DNA of 38,291 bases, taken from positions 1 through 38,291 of the forward strand of contig JAEZFH010000008.1 of the NCBI GenBank assembly GCA_023437885.1. Reading direction: 5' to 3'. This DNA is from Bacillota bacterium. GTDB taxonomy: Bacteria > Bacillota > Clostridia > Lachnospirales > Lachnospiraceae. Below, one piece after another: positions 9,698-20,551 of the stretch; within the stretch, counting starts at the first letter, position 1, and each line of letters opens with the position of its first letter. Made by a program: the position numbers and the translations under genes. Below the pieces are notes generated by a model. It saw nothing but the letters and a program-made list of their open reading frames with translations, was not told where the DNA came from and made no database searches.

Positions 9698-12679
9698 TTA
9701 TTGTAGTTGATCTATCCTGATACAATCCACCACGATGCTTCCGTTCCAATGAATACCCCAGTGCAGGGTATAGCCATCCTCCATGGGAGTGATTGTTGTT
9801 GTATAGCTCCGCCTTCCTTCACCGTCACTATGCAGGACAGACTTTATTATAGTCTCTTTGGAAGAATTCTTTATCTCAAAATAATTCTCTCCTTCCCCAT
9901 ACGGCTCCTCAATAACTCTGTATTGGAAGGTTATCTCATAGGTTCTTCCCTTATTCAGCGGCAGCCTGTCCGGGGCGGAGTTCAAATATTCGACCCACTC
10001 GTCACTGTCCGGATGATATACCTTGCCAAAAGCTGAATATTTCCCATCAATAATCTTACTCTGATCTGTCACCAGTCTTCCTTTGTAATAAGTTCCTGCG
10101 GATAGATAAGTCGCATCATAGACTCCTTCTTCGAAGTTGATTTCAACCGGGAAGCCAGTCGCAACCGGTGCTTTTGAAACATTCCTGTCTTTCTGAAACT
10201 CCTTTTCTGCCGGTATGATGATCCCGCCCTTTTCTGCAATCAATATAAAATTATCTACTGCAAAGGAAGTATTTTTATAGGCTCCAAATTCCAAATAATA
10301 ATCCTCTCGATCTCCAGTGATAAAAGTATGGGTCTTATTAACTGCTCCGTAATCACTCCATTCATACCAATTGGCGATGGTCTGCGAAAAATCAGGATCG
10401 GAATCACATTTTAGATCCAGATAAAAATAGTCTCCCTTTGCCTCCGATGCCATTTCCGGGTTTAGTCCAAGAGTAGAAAAACTGACATAATACGCTGCCT
10501 CAGCTTCTAAATGAAACGATGTACGTGCAACGCCATTTCTCTCCTCCGTTGCTGTTGTTTTAATAACCATTCCTTCGTTTCCTTCTATAGCACCGCCCGA
10601 GCTTATTAAAAAGGAGCCGGTGTTACCCTTTCGTCCGTTTATTTCTTCAAACAGACTCTCCTCATTCTTTTCAAAGGAAGTGTACCTGCCTTCTCCCATC
10701 TCATATATTGAAATATTGCTGATTATCAGAGGATACGCATTTTCCATGCTCCACACAAGTTCACAATCCTCATCTTCCCCTGTGTAGAAAAGTACTGTGC
10801 GTTCTGATTTAGAAGCAGAAACATCCTGCCATAGATAGGTTGTTAGTATTTTTCCGGTGGAACGGCTTTTAACAGTCAGCTGATATCTATCCCCTCCGTC
10901 AATTTCAATATCATCACGAACTATGTCAGTCTTATATTGAAAATGTACCATATATACTTTTCCAGGCTTAAGCTTTAATTGCTCTGAACTGCTTAGGACC
11001 TCACCGCTGTAACGCTCTCCCCTTTTTCCGGCATAAACCGCTTGCGTACCATTTAAGATATCCGGAAGCAATTGTGTGTCTTTCGACCTGATAAAGTCCT
11101 TTAAATCACATTGCTCCAAGCTTTCCTTAACTGAACGTTTTTTGTTATTTTCCTCAGAGCTCTCCTTAACAGTTAATTTCCCCGCACAAAAGAAGTTATT
11201 TCCGTCATTTCCTGAAACCGGAAGCTTTATAACCGCATCTTTTGTCTTCGTGTCTACGACTCCGAAGTACAGGCTGTACTCCCCTTCAGATAAATCTTCG
11301 GGAAGTTGAAAGGTGCTCCTGTGAAAATGCAGATCTCCATTTACAAAAACTTCAGGATCAAAGCCTTCATCCATTCCACTCCAAATCTCCTTACCTGCAT
11401 TATCCTTCAGAAATACCTTCAAATCATAATCATTCCATACTCTGCCCGCTCCGGTATTACTCCAGATCTGGTTAAACTTAAATTCTCCGCCCGGTGCTGC
11501 AATTTTGCTATATTGAAGCCTGTGGGGTACAAGCCGGTATCCCATGGATAAACTGCCAAGATCCACCCACCAGTTTTCATTTTCCTCCACCTGAAGATAC
11601 TGACTGGCAACCCAGCCAAGAGTTGTCATATAATTGATATGTATTTTGTACAAGGCTTCCGACATCAAATCATACAAACTATAGCCCCCATCTTTATTTT
11701 TATAATATGAATAACCTGAAAATGGCTCTCCAAGCAATGGCAATCTGTTATTGGATTTAAAAACCCGGTTTAAAAACTTGCTGTCCCAGTAATGGAGAGC
11801 CCCTCCAATCCCGTCCCTCCGGAAGGTAATCCCTTGCTTCAATGCATAATCATAGGCTGAAGCATGGGAAAACTGGTCCAGGGATGTCATAAAGGTATCA
11901 ATCGCATCATATTGCACAAGGGATCGGTCGAATTCATAGGAAGCACTGACCAGCATCAGTTTCTCCTCTCCCCATTCCTTCTTCCATACTCCCAGAAGAT
12001 GCCGTAACGTTGCAATTCTTTCCTCCATTGATTGAAATAGTCCGCCGCTGTGCCACTCTCCGAATTTACCGTATGCCCGGATTTCTATGATATTAATCTT
12101 CGGATTATCTCGGTAATGCTCTGCAAAAGCTTTTACGAAAGCATCATGCTTCTCTATAAAAATCGGATCAGCCAGATAGTAGGCACGTACTGCTTCACCA
12201 TCCATCGAAATGACCTTATAATCCAGACCATAATTATCTCCAAGCCAGTCCGGGGCTCCAATCTTCGGATATCCAATTGTATTGGTGTCCATGGATAGAC
12301 GCATATTGATCATCTTACCTTTGGAGGTCCAATATTCCACGGCTTCGTCCATATCACCCCAATGGTATTCCCCTTCCTCCGGCTCTATATAAGCCCATGA
12401 GGTAGAAAGACTGACGGTGCCAACCTCCGGAAAATCTCCCAGCCATCCCAGGGATGCTCTCCCTTCATAAAGCGGTTCCTCCAGCAATATCCATCCCATT
12501 CCGGGATTATCCAGTATTTCCTTACTTTCTTCATAATATACTATCTGGTATTCCTGGTCTTCTTTGTCCGTCTTCACTTTTGATATCTCTTCAGGTGTAT
12601 TCTCCCCTTCCGTTCTTGTACAGCCTGTCATAGCTAATAGGATTAGCACCAACAAAAACACCGCTCCATATCTCTTCAT
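9698..12679 (-). CDS. Lipoprotein glycoside hydrolase (GH-A/beta-galactosidase-like, DUF4832-type) with ~3 C-terminal CBM-like modules
   Basis: Start MKRYG at 12679 with lipobox LAMTG-C. Motifs NPGMGW, W..IEPEEGEYHW, PDWL, YGKFGEWH, RRDGIGG and MGYRL. Three C-terminal modules of L..G..Y.V.F.Y type. Confidence 0.7.
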   Translation of the reverse strand: MKRYGAVFLLVLILLAMTGCTRTEGENTPEEISKVKTDKEDQEYQIVYYEESKEILDNPGMGWILLEEPLYEGRASLGWLGDFPEVGTVSLSTSWAYIEPEEGEYHWGDMDEAVEYWTSKGKMINMRLSMDTNTIGYPKIGAPDWLGDNYGLDYKVISMDGEAVRAYYLADPIFIEKHDAFVKAFAEHYRDNPKINIIEIRAYGKFGEWHSGGLFQSMEERIATLRHLLGVWKKEWGEEKLMLVSASYEFDRSLVQYDAIDTFMTSLDQFSHASAYDYALKQGITFRRDGIGGALHYWDSKFLNRVFKSNNRLPLLGEPFSGYSYYKNKDGGYSLYDLMSEALYKIHINYMTTLGWVASQYLQVEENENWWVDLGSLSMGYRLVPHRLQYSKIAAPGGEFKFNQIWSNTGAGRVWNDYDLKVFLKDNAGKEIWSGMDEGFDPEVFVNGDLHFHRSTFQLPEDLSEGEYSLYFGVVDTKTKDAVIKLPVSGNDGNNFFCAGKLTVKESSEENNKKRSVKESLEQCDLKDFIRSKDTQLLPDILNGTQAVYAGKRGERYSGEVLSSSEQLKLKPGKVYMVHFQYKTDIVRDDIEIDGGDRYQLTVKSRSTGKILTTYLWQDVSASKSERTVLFYTGEDEDCELVWSMENAYPLIISNISIYEMGEGRYTSFEKNEESLFEEINGRKGNTGSFLISSGGAIEGNEGMVIKTTATEERNGVARTSFHLEAEAAYYVSFSTLGLNPEMASEAKGDYFYLDLKCDSDPDFSQTIANWYEWSDYGAVNKTHTFITGDREDYYLEFGAYKNTSFAVDNFILIAEKGGIIIPAEKEFQKDRNVSKAPVATGFPVEINFEEGVYDATYLSAGTYYKGRLVTDQSKIIDGKYSAFGKVYHPDSDEWVEYLNSAPDRLPLNKGRTYEITFQYRVIEEPYGEGENYFEIKNSSKETIIKSVLHSDGEGRRSYTTTITPMEDGYTLHWGIHWNGSIVVDCIRIDQLQ

Positions 12680-12770
12680 AATTAGCCCCCCTGTACGGCA
12701 ACACATTCACGGTACAGTAATCATTGTAGATACCATTCCCTGGGAATTCTATATTTATGGTTTCTATTAA

Positions 12771-13676
12771 TTAAATAAGTACCGTACTTGTAAAAAAGTC
12801 TACGAACTCTTTTGATTTAACTTCAACTGCAATTTTAATCGCAGAACTTCCTTCTTCCGCCTCAGGAACAAACCTTGTCTCACCGGCATGTCCTTCCTCT
12901 GTTATTACCTTTACATTAATTTGCTGAAAGGTAACAATATCCGGGTTTATCAGGGTCTCCACCGTCAACGGATCATGGAGTATCGGTCTGTTCTTTTTAT
13001 TATAATCCACCCACATGGCTAGATATTTTTGAAGAACCTCTGATTCCGGCTTTTTCTTATTAAGATACGACCTGATATCCCTCTCCGACATAAGACAATT
13101 CTCGGTTACATCCAGTCCCACGGCATAGACAGGTGCTCCACAGGCAAAGACTATTTTAGCCGCCTCCGGATCGCATAAGATATTCCACTCTGCAAAATTA
13201 CGGAAAAACACCCCGCCCATCAACCGTATATCCTTTATCAGGGGAACAATATCAGGCGCTTTTTTTATTGCGGCCGCAATATTCGTTAAGGGGCCAATCG
13301 GAACCAGTGTTACCTCTCCCGGATATTGTTTGAGCATGCGGACAATAAATTTCACAGCTTCCTCTTCTTCATACTCGTACTTCTCAAGCTCAGGATAATA
13401 CTGGCAATTTATGATGCCTTCCTCCCAATCCCTATCCGGAGCTTGGCCTTTTCGTGACAATGGTTTTCCCAGTCCTTTATAAACCGGAAGCTTTTCTGCT
13501 TTATACGAAGCCAGAAGAGCTTTTACCTGCTTTGCACGCATACTAACATTTTGAAATACAGTCGTTATGCCTAAGATTTCAAGCTCCGGTGCTTTTAATG
13601 CCAGTGCTATTGCAAATGCGTCATCGATATCATCACCGATGTCCGTATCTATAATAATCTTTTTTCTCTCATTCAT
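12771..13676 (-). CDS. Nucleoside hydrolase family protein (IU-NH fold)
   Basis: N-terminal DTDIGDDIDD Ca-binding motif, IGPLTNIA, AEWNILCDPEAA, GLDVT and LHDP. Confidence 0.9.
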   Translation of the reverse strand: MNERKKIIIDTDIGDDIDDAFAIALALKAPELEILGITTVFQNVSMRAKQVKALLASYKAEKLPVYKGLGKPLSRKGQAPDRDWEEGIINCQYYPELEKYEYEEEEAVKFIVRMLKQYPGEVTLVPIGPLTNIAAAIKKAPDIVPLIKDIRLMGGVFFRNFAEWNILCDPEAAKIVFACGAPVYAVGLDVTENCLMSERDIRSYLNKKKPESEVLQKYLAMWVDYNKKNRPILHDPLTVETLINPDIVTFQQINVKVITEEGHAGETRFVPEAEEGSSAIKIAVEVKSKEFVDFFTSTVLI

Positions 13677-13766
13677 TTCCTTGCCCTCATGTTCCTGAAA
13701 TTTTGAAAGCTGGTATTATATAATTTCGTTTCGCAGTATCATAAGGAATACCATCTGCGGCTTTTT

Positions 13767-14732
13767 CTACTTGTAATCGGCTTTTGCCAATAATTTTGGA
13801 GTGGTTTCCAACATATGATCCAGTATTTCACGGATTTTATCAGGCTTCTCCCTCACCAGCAGATAAGTATGCCTGCTTTTTTTGTCCCTCGCCCAGGTTG
13901 TTACTCCGGCATCATCCACCGTGACTTTTCCAAACTCGTGCAAGGACCAATAGCCTGCTTCCGGCCTTACCGCATAGAGAATCGCCGTCAGATCCCAGCT
14001 TTCCCTGCCCCGCTCTCCTCCGGTGTATTTCTTATATGCGGATTTCACCGGATGATGAAGCTCCGACTTTAACATACCCTCTCCGGTAATGATATCCCAT
14101 CCTATTTCATAACTGCAAAAAACGATTTCGCCGGGGAAGCGTTCACATACAATTTGAGAAGCGGCGATGTCTGCTTTTATATTAAACTCTGCATCTACCA
14201 CATATTCACCGCCTATCACATAATCCTCCGGCCACGATTCCTTGAATCTTCCGCCCATAATCACAGTACGCTTTATTTTCTGCTTTAAAAGCTCTTCTCC
14301 GTTTAGCGGGCATATCCCATCCGCCTCACTCTCCAGTACCGCTCTCAAGGAGTAAAGGCTGCCAATTGCCACATATGTCACATCATGATCCGCACTCTCC
14401 CATAAGAGACGTCTTGTTAAGGCAACGGCATCCTCACATTCCTCATTATTCCGGTACCGGTTCGTAAAATTTTCAGCCAGATGCCTGGCATAAATATCAT
14501 GTATCTCTTTTGCTTTATGGCAAACACCGATTGGAATATCCGGTCTCCCATAATATGTATTTATGGCACTGATACAACCGGCATTATATTTTCCGCTATA
14601 GCAATGAGTCATGCCGAGGATCTGCGCCTCTCCTTTGTCAGCCAGCGTGTGAAGAATGGCAATTGCTCCGGCGTCATCACAATCAACACCGATATCCGTA
14701 TCAAGCAATATCTTTATCTTTGAGTCAAACAT
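13767..14732 (-). CDS. Nucleoside hydrolase family protein (divergent)
   Basis: DTDIGVDCDD, MGG, AEFNIKADI; SWDL in place of the HD motif. Confidence 0.85.
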   Translation of the reverse strand: MFDSKIKILLDTDIGVDCDDAGAIAILHTLADKGEAQILGMTHCYSGKYNAGCISAINTYYGRPDIPIGVCHKAKEIHDIYARHLAENFTNRYRNNEECEDAVALTRRLLWESADHDVTYVAIGSLYSLRAVLESEADGICPLNGEELLKQKIKRTVIMGGRFKESWPEDYVIGGEYVVDAEFNIKADIAASQIVCERFPGEIVFCSYEIGWDIITGEGMLKSELHHPVKSAYKKYTGGERGRESWDLTAILYAVRPEAGYWSLHEFGKVTVDDAGVTTWARDKKSRHTYLLVREKPDKIREILDHMLETTPKLLAKADYK

Positions 14733-14804
14733 AAATACTCCTTACAATTATCAACTAGTTTATTTCCCCGTTCATTTATAGACTCTGCTATTAATCAGAT
14801 ACTT

Positions 14805-15665
14805 TTATCCTTTGATGCCCGTCGTAACAATACCTTCCACCAGATATTTCTGCATAACAAAAAACATGAAAATGACAGGTATACTGAATAATACACAGGC
14901 AGCCATGGTAACCGGCTCAAGAATCACCTCTGCTTTGTCTTTTATGAAATACATATTTCCAAACAAAGCTGCTGCCAAAGGATATTTTTTCGAATCAAAA
15001 AACATATACGGACCCATATAATCATTCCAGGTTCCACAGAACTGATTAAAAATTATGATAGCCATAATTGGTTTTGATAACGGGAGGAATATCCTCCAGA
15101 TAATACCTATAAGCGAACACCCATCGATCTTCGCCGCTTCCTCCAGTTCCCTGGGAAACGACTGCAGAAATTGCTTTGTCAAAAAAATCAGATATGCATT
15201 ACCGCCGACTCCTGCCAAAACCCAGATCCAGTACGTATTCATGATTTCAAGCTGATTATAGTAAATGAATTGAGGAATTGTAATTGCAATTGAAGGTATC
15301 ATCAGCTGTATCATTACAAGAGCGAAGACAATCTTTTTTCCGGGAGCATTCAGTCTGGCAAGCGCATAACCATATAGAAAATCAAAGGTCATACTGCAGG
15401 TAAGAACGATGATTACCAGCTTTAAGGTATTTAAAAGATATTTAAAAAAAGGAACCATTGCCACTGCAAAATAGAAGTTTTCCCAGTGTCCTTCACTAAA
15501 CCACAACAGCGGTGTTTTGTTCAGATACTGCCGAAAGGAGTTCATGAGCAGAAACAATAAAGGGTAAATAAATATCAGGCTGATAACGGCTATCACTAAC
15601 CAGGAAACAGTACCAGATATAAGCTGTTTTTTCTTTTTTCCCAACACTATTTTTTTCATCCGCAA
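14805..15665 (-). CDS. Carbohydrate ABC transporter permease (MalG-like)
   Basis: Multiple TM segments; EAA loop ELEEAAKIDGCS; WNDY motif. Confidence 0.92.
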   Translation of the reverse strand: MRMKKIVLGKKKKQLISGTVSWLVIAVISLIFIYPLLFLLMNSFRQYLNKTPLLWFSEGHWENFYFAVAMVPFFKYLLNTLKLVIIVLTCSMTFDFLYGYALARLNAPGKKIVFALVMIQLMIPSIAITIPQFIYYNQLEIMNTYWIWVLAGVGGNAYLIFLTKQFLQSFPRELEEAAKIDGCSLIGIIWRIFLPLSKPIMAIIIFNQFCGTWNDYMGPYMFFDSKKYPLAAALFGNMYFIKDKAEVILEPVTMAACVLFSIPVIFMFFVMQKYLVEGIVTTGIKG

Positions 15666-15671
15666 TCTCTC

Positions 15672-16592
15672 CTAATCCCCGTAATAAACCCAATGCTTTT
15701 GAGACTTCATAACAAGGACCGTCATAATGTTAATCATAATAACAAGAATCCAAATCATAGCCAAGCCATAACCAAAACGACTGTAACCTAATATCTGCTG
15801 ATATGCATGAACCATTAAAGTATAAACTGGCTTCAGAGGACGGTTTAACACTCCGTTCACGCCGTTAGCCAGTAGTACCGGCTGCGTATAAAGCTGCATA
15901 CTGCCGATAATACCCATAATAAGATTAAAGAAAAGCACCGGCGAGATCATTGGTACGGTGATTCTCCAAAATTTCTTAAAATTATTTGCTCCGTCAATTG
16001 CCGCCGCCTCATAAAGTGCTCCGGGCACATTATTGAGTGCCGCAAGATTAATCAGCAATGATCCTGTAGATCCCCAGGTCAGCATAATAATCAGAGCATA
16101 AAAGACATATTCATACCCCAGCCAGTTGACGGATGTAATACCGAATAAGCCAAGGACTCTATTTAGCCCACCTGCGTCCTGGTTAAATATAATTTTCCAC
16201 ATAAGACTTGCTGCAACGGAGGGGATGATTGCGGGCAAATAAATAATTGTCCGGAATACTTTTAAACCCTTTCTTGCTTTATTCAGCAGCAGCGCACAGC
16301 CAAGTCCCACACCCATCCCGAGGGGGACGCTTACTATCCCTATCAAAAAGGTTCTCCATAAAGAATACCTGGCCACATCATCTCCTAATACCCTGGCATA
16401 GTTTTTTAAACCGATAAAATTAACCCGATCATAATTATAACCGGTATAATCTGTTAAGCTCAGATAAAAACCGTTTGCAAACGGTACCAGCTTTATCGCA
16501 ACAAACATGATAATAAAAGGAGCCATGACAGCATAAAAAAGGACTGCTTCTTTATTTTTAAACTTTATTTTCTTTTTCTTCATTGATTTCAT
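15672..16592 (-). CDS. Carbohydrate ABC transporter permease (MalF-like)
   Basis: FIGLKNY, FRTIIYLP, EAA loop LYEAAAIDGA. Confidence 0.92.
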   Translation of the reverse strand: MKSMKKKKIKFKNKEAVLFYAVMAPFIIMFVAIKLVPFANGFYLSLTDYTGYNYDRVNFIGLKNYARVLGDDVARYSLWRTFLIGIVSVPLGMGVGLGCALLLNKARKGLKVFRTIIYLPAIIPSVAASLMWKIIFNQDAGGLNRVLGLFGITSVNWLGYEYVFYALIIMLTWGSTGSLLINLAALNNVPGALYEAAAIDGANNFKKFWRITVPMISPVLFFNLIMGIIGSMQLYTQPVLLANGVNGVLNRPLKPVYTLMVHAYQQILGYSRFGYGLAMIWILVIMINIMTVLVMKSQKHWVYYGD

Positions 16593-16680
16593 CTCTTTTT
16601 CAATAAATTCTTATTGCTCACTTCTTGTTGCTGTAACCATAAACCATCTCATAACCGAAAGGCCGTTTGTGCGTATAAGG

Positions 16681-16720
16681 TATAATGCCGGCAATATCGC
16701 AAAATACTGCCGGCATTATA
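16681..16720 (-). terminator. Intergenic stem-loop after the solute-binding protein gene (attenuator or mRNA stabiliser)
   Basis: TATAATGCCGGCA ... TGCCGGCATTATA, 13-bp arms. Confidence 0.65.
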
Positions 16721-16733
16721 ACAGCATTATTTT

Positions 16734-18173
16734 TTATTCCACACCAACGATGTCCATACCTTCATCAATCATAGTATTATAATCCTTCTGCATTCCCTTA
16801 ATACAATCCTCTAAGGAAATTCTGTCAAATAAGTACTCGTCAAAATACTGGCTGAAGGTGGATTCCACACCGCCCGCATCAACATATGGATTGGTTACTA
16901 AGGCCGTCAGTGATTCCATTCCCTTTTGATTTGCTGCAAAGCACTGTTTATCAAAATCAGTTGACTGCGGCATAAAATCAGTAAATTCATTGATGGACGG
17001 GTTACCCCAGCCGGATTTAACACGGTCTTCTCCAAATTTGCCTCCAAGATATAACTCAATCAGCTTAAAAGCTTCATCCTTATGCTTACTGCCGGAATAT
17101 ACGGAAGCACCCACACCGGCAAGGCAGCCGGAAATCGGATTCGAGGTATCATACTGAGGTGTCTGTATCATAACAAAGTCCTGCAAATGATCCTTTGCCG
17201 TATCCATGCCTTTTAGATTACCGCTGTACCAGTAGCCTTCCATTACCATGCCAACCTCTTCATTCGCCAGTCCGTTAAAGCCTGAAGGTGCAGCACTGTA
17301 TGGACCGTAGGAAGCGCCGCCCTCGGTAATATATTCCTTCCACCACTCCAATACCTTTCTCATTTCAGGTGTATCTATGTTAGCAGATTTTAAATCCTCC
17401 GAATATAAGGAAGATCCCAGCTGAGCCAGCTGCAGAGTAATCTGCTGGGACATATTATTCGTTGTTGCATAGCTCCAGCGGGTTTGCTTACCATCTGCAT
17501 CAAACTTCTTAATCGCCTTAGCCCAACTCATCATATCATCCCAGGTGTAGTATGTATCAGGGTCCGGAACCGTGAGGCCTGCCTCTTCAAATACTTTTTT
17601 ATTGATGAACATTTGAGAATCGATGCTCCAGTCCTTCACAATACCGTAGGTTGGACCCGAACCGATCCTTTCCCCATCAAATTTATACATATTTTGGACA
17701 TTGCTGAAGGTATAATCCTTAAAAACCTCACTGTCTGCAATATAATCATCCAACGGCTCGTACAGACCTCTGGCAGCAAACATACATCCCATATGGAATG
17801 CAGATAAGATCCAGACATCGGGAGCGGTTCCGGCTGCAATCATGGAATAAAGCTTTGTAGTATCTGCACTTACTACCTCAATATCCATCCAGGGATAGGT
17901 TTCCTTTACGAGATTATAGAAGGCTTCATTATTACGAAGGTCATCTCCCCAAACCTTTAAGGTTACAGACTCATGCTCTTCTGTTCCGTTTTCAGCAGAA
18001 GAAGCCGGTTCTTGAGTTACATCCGCGCTCGTGCTATTATCACCGGAGCTGTCTGCATTTTCTTTTTTGCCCGTTTTTTCCTCACCCGGCAAAGGAGTAT
18101 TGCAGCCTGTTAAAGAGCTAATCAGCAATCCAACAGCCATTAAAACAGCTAATATCTTTTTCATTTTTCTCAT
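16734..18173 (-). CDS. Sugar ABC transporter substrate-binding lipoprotein (SBP family 1)
   Basis: Lipobox LTG-C, acidic linker, AGTAPDV, FINKKVFEEAG, YTWDD. Confidence 0.9.
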   Translation of the reverse strand: MRKMKKILAVLMAVGLLISSLTGCNTPLPGEEKTGKKENADSSGDNSTSADVTQEPASSAENGTEEHESVTLKVWGDDLRNNEAFYNLVKETYPWMDIEVVSADTTKLYSMIAAGTAPDVWILSAFHMGCMFAARGLYEPLDDYIADSEVFKDYTFSNVQNMYKFDGERIGSGPTYGIVKDWSIDSQMFINKKVFEEAGLTVPDPDTYYTWDDMMSWAKAIKKFDADGKQTRWSYATTNNMSQQITLQLAQLGSSLYSEDLKSANIDTPEMRKVLEWWKEYITEGGASYGPYSAAPSGFNGLANEEVGMVMEGYWYSGNLKGMDTAKDHLQDFVMIQTPQYDTSNPISGCLAGVGASVYSGSKHKDEAFKLIELYLGGKFGEDRVKSGWGNPSINEFTDFMPQSTDFDKQCFAANQKGMESLTALVTNPYVDAGGVESTFSQYFDEYLFDRISLEDCIKGMQKDYNTMIDEGMDIVGVE

Positions 18174-18245
18174 TGTTCTCTTCCTCTTTCTCTGTTATTT
18201 ATATTGATACATTTCATGCGCATTGAAATAGCATTAATACCCTTG

Positions 18246-19067
18246 TTATATTACCCTGCTTTCTGATGATTTTTCTTCAAAATTAGATACTTCCTTACCG
18301 ACCAGCTTATCCTTTTGCAATATTTTCCGATACTCATAGGGAGTCATTTCCAATCTCGCTTTAAACATTGAATTAAAGTTTGATGCGTCCTTGAAGCCGC
18401 AAAGCCGTGCCGTGGCACCGATAGAATTTTTTTTATCTGCAAGCAGTTCCTTCGCCTTCGCTATTTTCAGATTCATTAAATACTGAACCGGCGAGACCCC
18501 CATTTGCTCTTTAAAGATATGGCGCATCCGGTCATAGCTGTAACCCAGGCTCTCAGCCACCTTCTGCAAATCAACATTACCCTCGTAATTTTGCTTTAAA
18601 TATCTCTTAATATAATCAACAATATCAAAGCGGCCTTTTTTTGCTGTGCTGGATTTTAACATTCTCCCCAATAGCAGCACTATTTCACATAGCATCAGTT
18701 GAATCCGTTCATCACAATTTTCCGGACGATATTTTACCTCTGCTTCAATCTTTAAAAACAATTCGTAAATTTCCTTGGTCAGAGGATTCTCCTCAAGTAC
18801 CGTATTCATTAAAGAAACCGGACTGTCTTCTATTTTAACTATACAGAAAGTAACATCCGCATCGTCTATTGTGGTTTCATCATGCCAGGTCTCCGGTGTA
18901 ATAACCGCGATTGAATTGTGTTCGAATTTATATTCAATATCATCAATCATGGTTTTTCCCATACCGCTGCGATACAAAATAATTTCATATTCCGAATGCT
19001 TTGCCAAATGAACATAGTCCTTTTTCAAGTGATGATAATTTAGGAACATCTGCAGTTCACATCTCAT
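18246..19067 (-). CDS. AraC family transcriptional regulator (cupin sensor + HTH)
   Basis: N-terminal H..YEI...G.G cupin motif; C-terminal ARLCGFKDASNFNSMFKARLEMTPYEYR. RBS AAGGCAGGTG. Confidence 0.92.
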   Translation of the reverse strand: MRCELQMFLNYHHLKKDYVHLAKHSEYEIILYRSGMGKTMIDDIEYKFEHNSIAVITPETWHDETTIDDADVTFCIVKIEDSPVSLMNTVLEENPLTKEIYELFLKIEAEVKYRPENCDERIQLMLCEIVLLLGRMLKSSTAKKGRFDIVDYIKRYLKQNYEGNVDLQKVAESLGYSYDRMRHIFKEQMGVSPVQYLMNLKIAKAKELLADKKNSIGATARLCGFKDASNFNSMFKARLEMTPYEYRKILQKDKLVGKEVSNFEEKSSESRVI

Positions 19068-19115
19068 CGGCCTTCACCTGCCTTCAAATACTTAATTAAT
19101 GATTTTTATGAATTA

Positions 19116-19147
19116 AGTATAGCACACGAGTTATGGTATATGTGGCT
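19116..19147 (-). promoter_or_regulatory. Activator-dependent promoter, AGCCACAT-N18-TATACT (araC/ABC operon)
   Basis: Minus strand AGCCACAT, 18 nt, then TG-extended -10 (TGC TATACT). Same geometry as three other sites. Confidence 0.65.
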
Positions 19148-19344
19148 AACCTAAGAAAATTATATTTTATATCACCATGCTTTTTTACAAGCTTCTCCTA
19201 GGAGCCGATTTAAAATTTATTCAATATAGGCTAAATGTGATGTTATTTTGAAATATTTTTAATTATTTTCAACAACTATAATTTTATTTAATAAATTCAC
19301 CCCTGATATACATCAAAACATCCAATTGGTATATATGGCTATTT

Positions 19345-20259
19345 TTATGTATAATTTTCCTGCAAGGGATTGCTAAAATTATAACTCATAACCTGACTCA
19401 TCCACGGAATTGAATTAGATGCTCCTGCTTTCGTCACTGTAATCGCAGCAGCTCTCGCAGCAAGGTCCAAGGCTGTCTCAAGTTTCTCACCGGTAAAGAT
19501 ACCGCTGATAAGGTATCCGGTGAAGGCATCTCCGGCCGCTGTTGTATCAACCGCATTTACAGGATAAGATTTCTGGCGGATACAGGCTTTATTATCTCTA
19601 TAGATAGCCCCCTTTGCTCCAAGGGTCAGAACCAACTTCTGTTTCGGATATTTTACCAGCAGCTTCTGTAATATCTCTTCCGCGTCCCTACTTCCGGTCA
19701 ATTCCTCACCTTCCACTTCATTCAATATCAGCCAGGCAACCTTTGATAAATCACATTGAAGGATTGTGTCATCCATGGGTGACGGGTTCAGAAAAATTGT
19801 TATACCTCTATCGGCTGCATATTCTATCAGATACGGAAGATTACTAACTTCATTTTGAAGCAGCAGAAAATCTCCCTCCGAAAAATCATCCAATACAGCT
19901 TTGATATCTTCTTTTATAATCTCCCTGTTTGCACCCGCATATAAAATAATGCAGTTATTCCCGCTTTTTTCCACCTGGATGATTGCATGTCCGGTTACAG
20001 ATCCGTTTGTATCCAGATACCCAATATCTACTCCATTTTCCTCCAGAATTTGAGACAGCTTTTTTCCATCCTGCCCTATTTTCCCCGCATGATAAACCGG
20101 GGTACCTGCTCTTGCCAGTGCTATGGACTGATTTAGTCCCTTTCCTCCCACCATACATAGATTATCCCAGGAAGTTATCGTTTCACCTGGCCTCACAAAA
20201 TGATCCAGATGATACACATCATCTATGTTCAGAGAACCAAAATTAAGAATTCTGGCCAT
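19345..20259 (-). CDS. rbsK: Ribokinase (PfkB family)
   Basis: Start MARILNFGSLNID at 20259 after GAAGGAGG. GGKGLNQSIALARAG, LLQNE and DTTAAGDAF signatures. Confidence 0.88.
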   Translation of the reverse strand: MARILNFGSLNIDDVYHLDHFVRPGETITSWDNLCMVGGKGLNQSIALARAGTPVYHAGKIGQDGKKLSQILEENGVDIGYLDTNGSVTGHAIIQVEKSGNNCIILYAGANREIIKEDIKAVLDDFSEGDFLLLQNEVSNLPYLIEYAADRGITIFLNPSPMDDTILQCDLSKVAWLILNEVEGEELTGSRDAEEILQKLLVKYPKQKLVLTLGAKGAIYRDNKACIRQKSYPVNAVDTTAAGDAFTGYLISGIFTGEKLETALDLAARAAAITVTKAGASNSIPWMSQVMSYNFSNPLQENYT

Positions 20260-20370
20260 ACCAATTCCTCCTTCTTGTATCCGTAATTTACTTTGCTGCA
20301 GCCGCATATCTGCTCTTATTTTGCATTCCAGGAACAAAAGCATGTTCCTAACCTAACTTATTCCTAACTT

Positions 20371-20402
20371 ATATTATCATTGTAATTATGGTATATGTGG
20401 CT
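20371..20402 (-). promoter_or_regulatory. Activator-dependent promoter, AGCCACAT-N18-TAATAT (ribokinase)
   Basis: Shares 17 identical bp (TTATGGTATATGTGGCT, 20386-20402) with 19131-19147; TG-extended -10. Confidence 0.65.
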
Positions 20403-20414
20403 GATTTGAAAAAC

Positions 20415-20446
20415 AGCCACATTTATATAAGGATTTATGGTAAAAT
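20415..20446 (+). promoter_or_regulatory. Activator-dependent promoter, AGCCACAT-N18-TAAAAT (deacetylase)
   Basis: AGCCACAT 20415-20422; TGG then TAAAAT at 20441-20446. Confidence 0.62.
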
Positions 20447-20551
20447 AATCCCGACATCAACTTCAGGAGAAGCACCCGGAAAGCTCAGACCTTATGAGCT
20501 TCTATGCCAGAGAGGTCACTGGGATTTGTCCGGATATGAAAGGAGATAATT

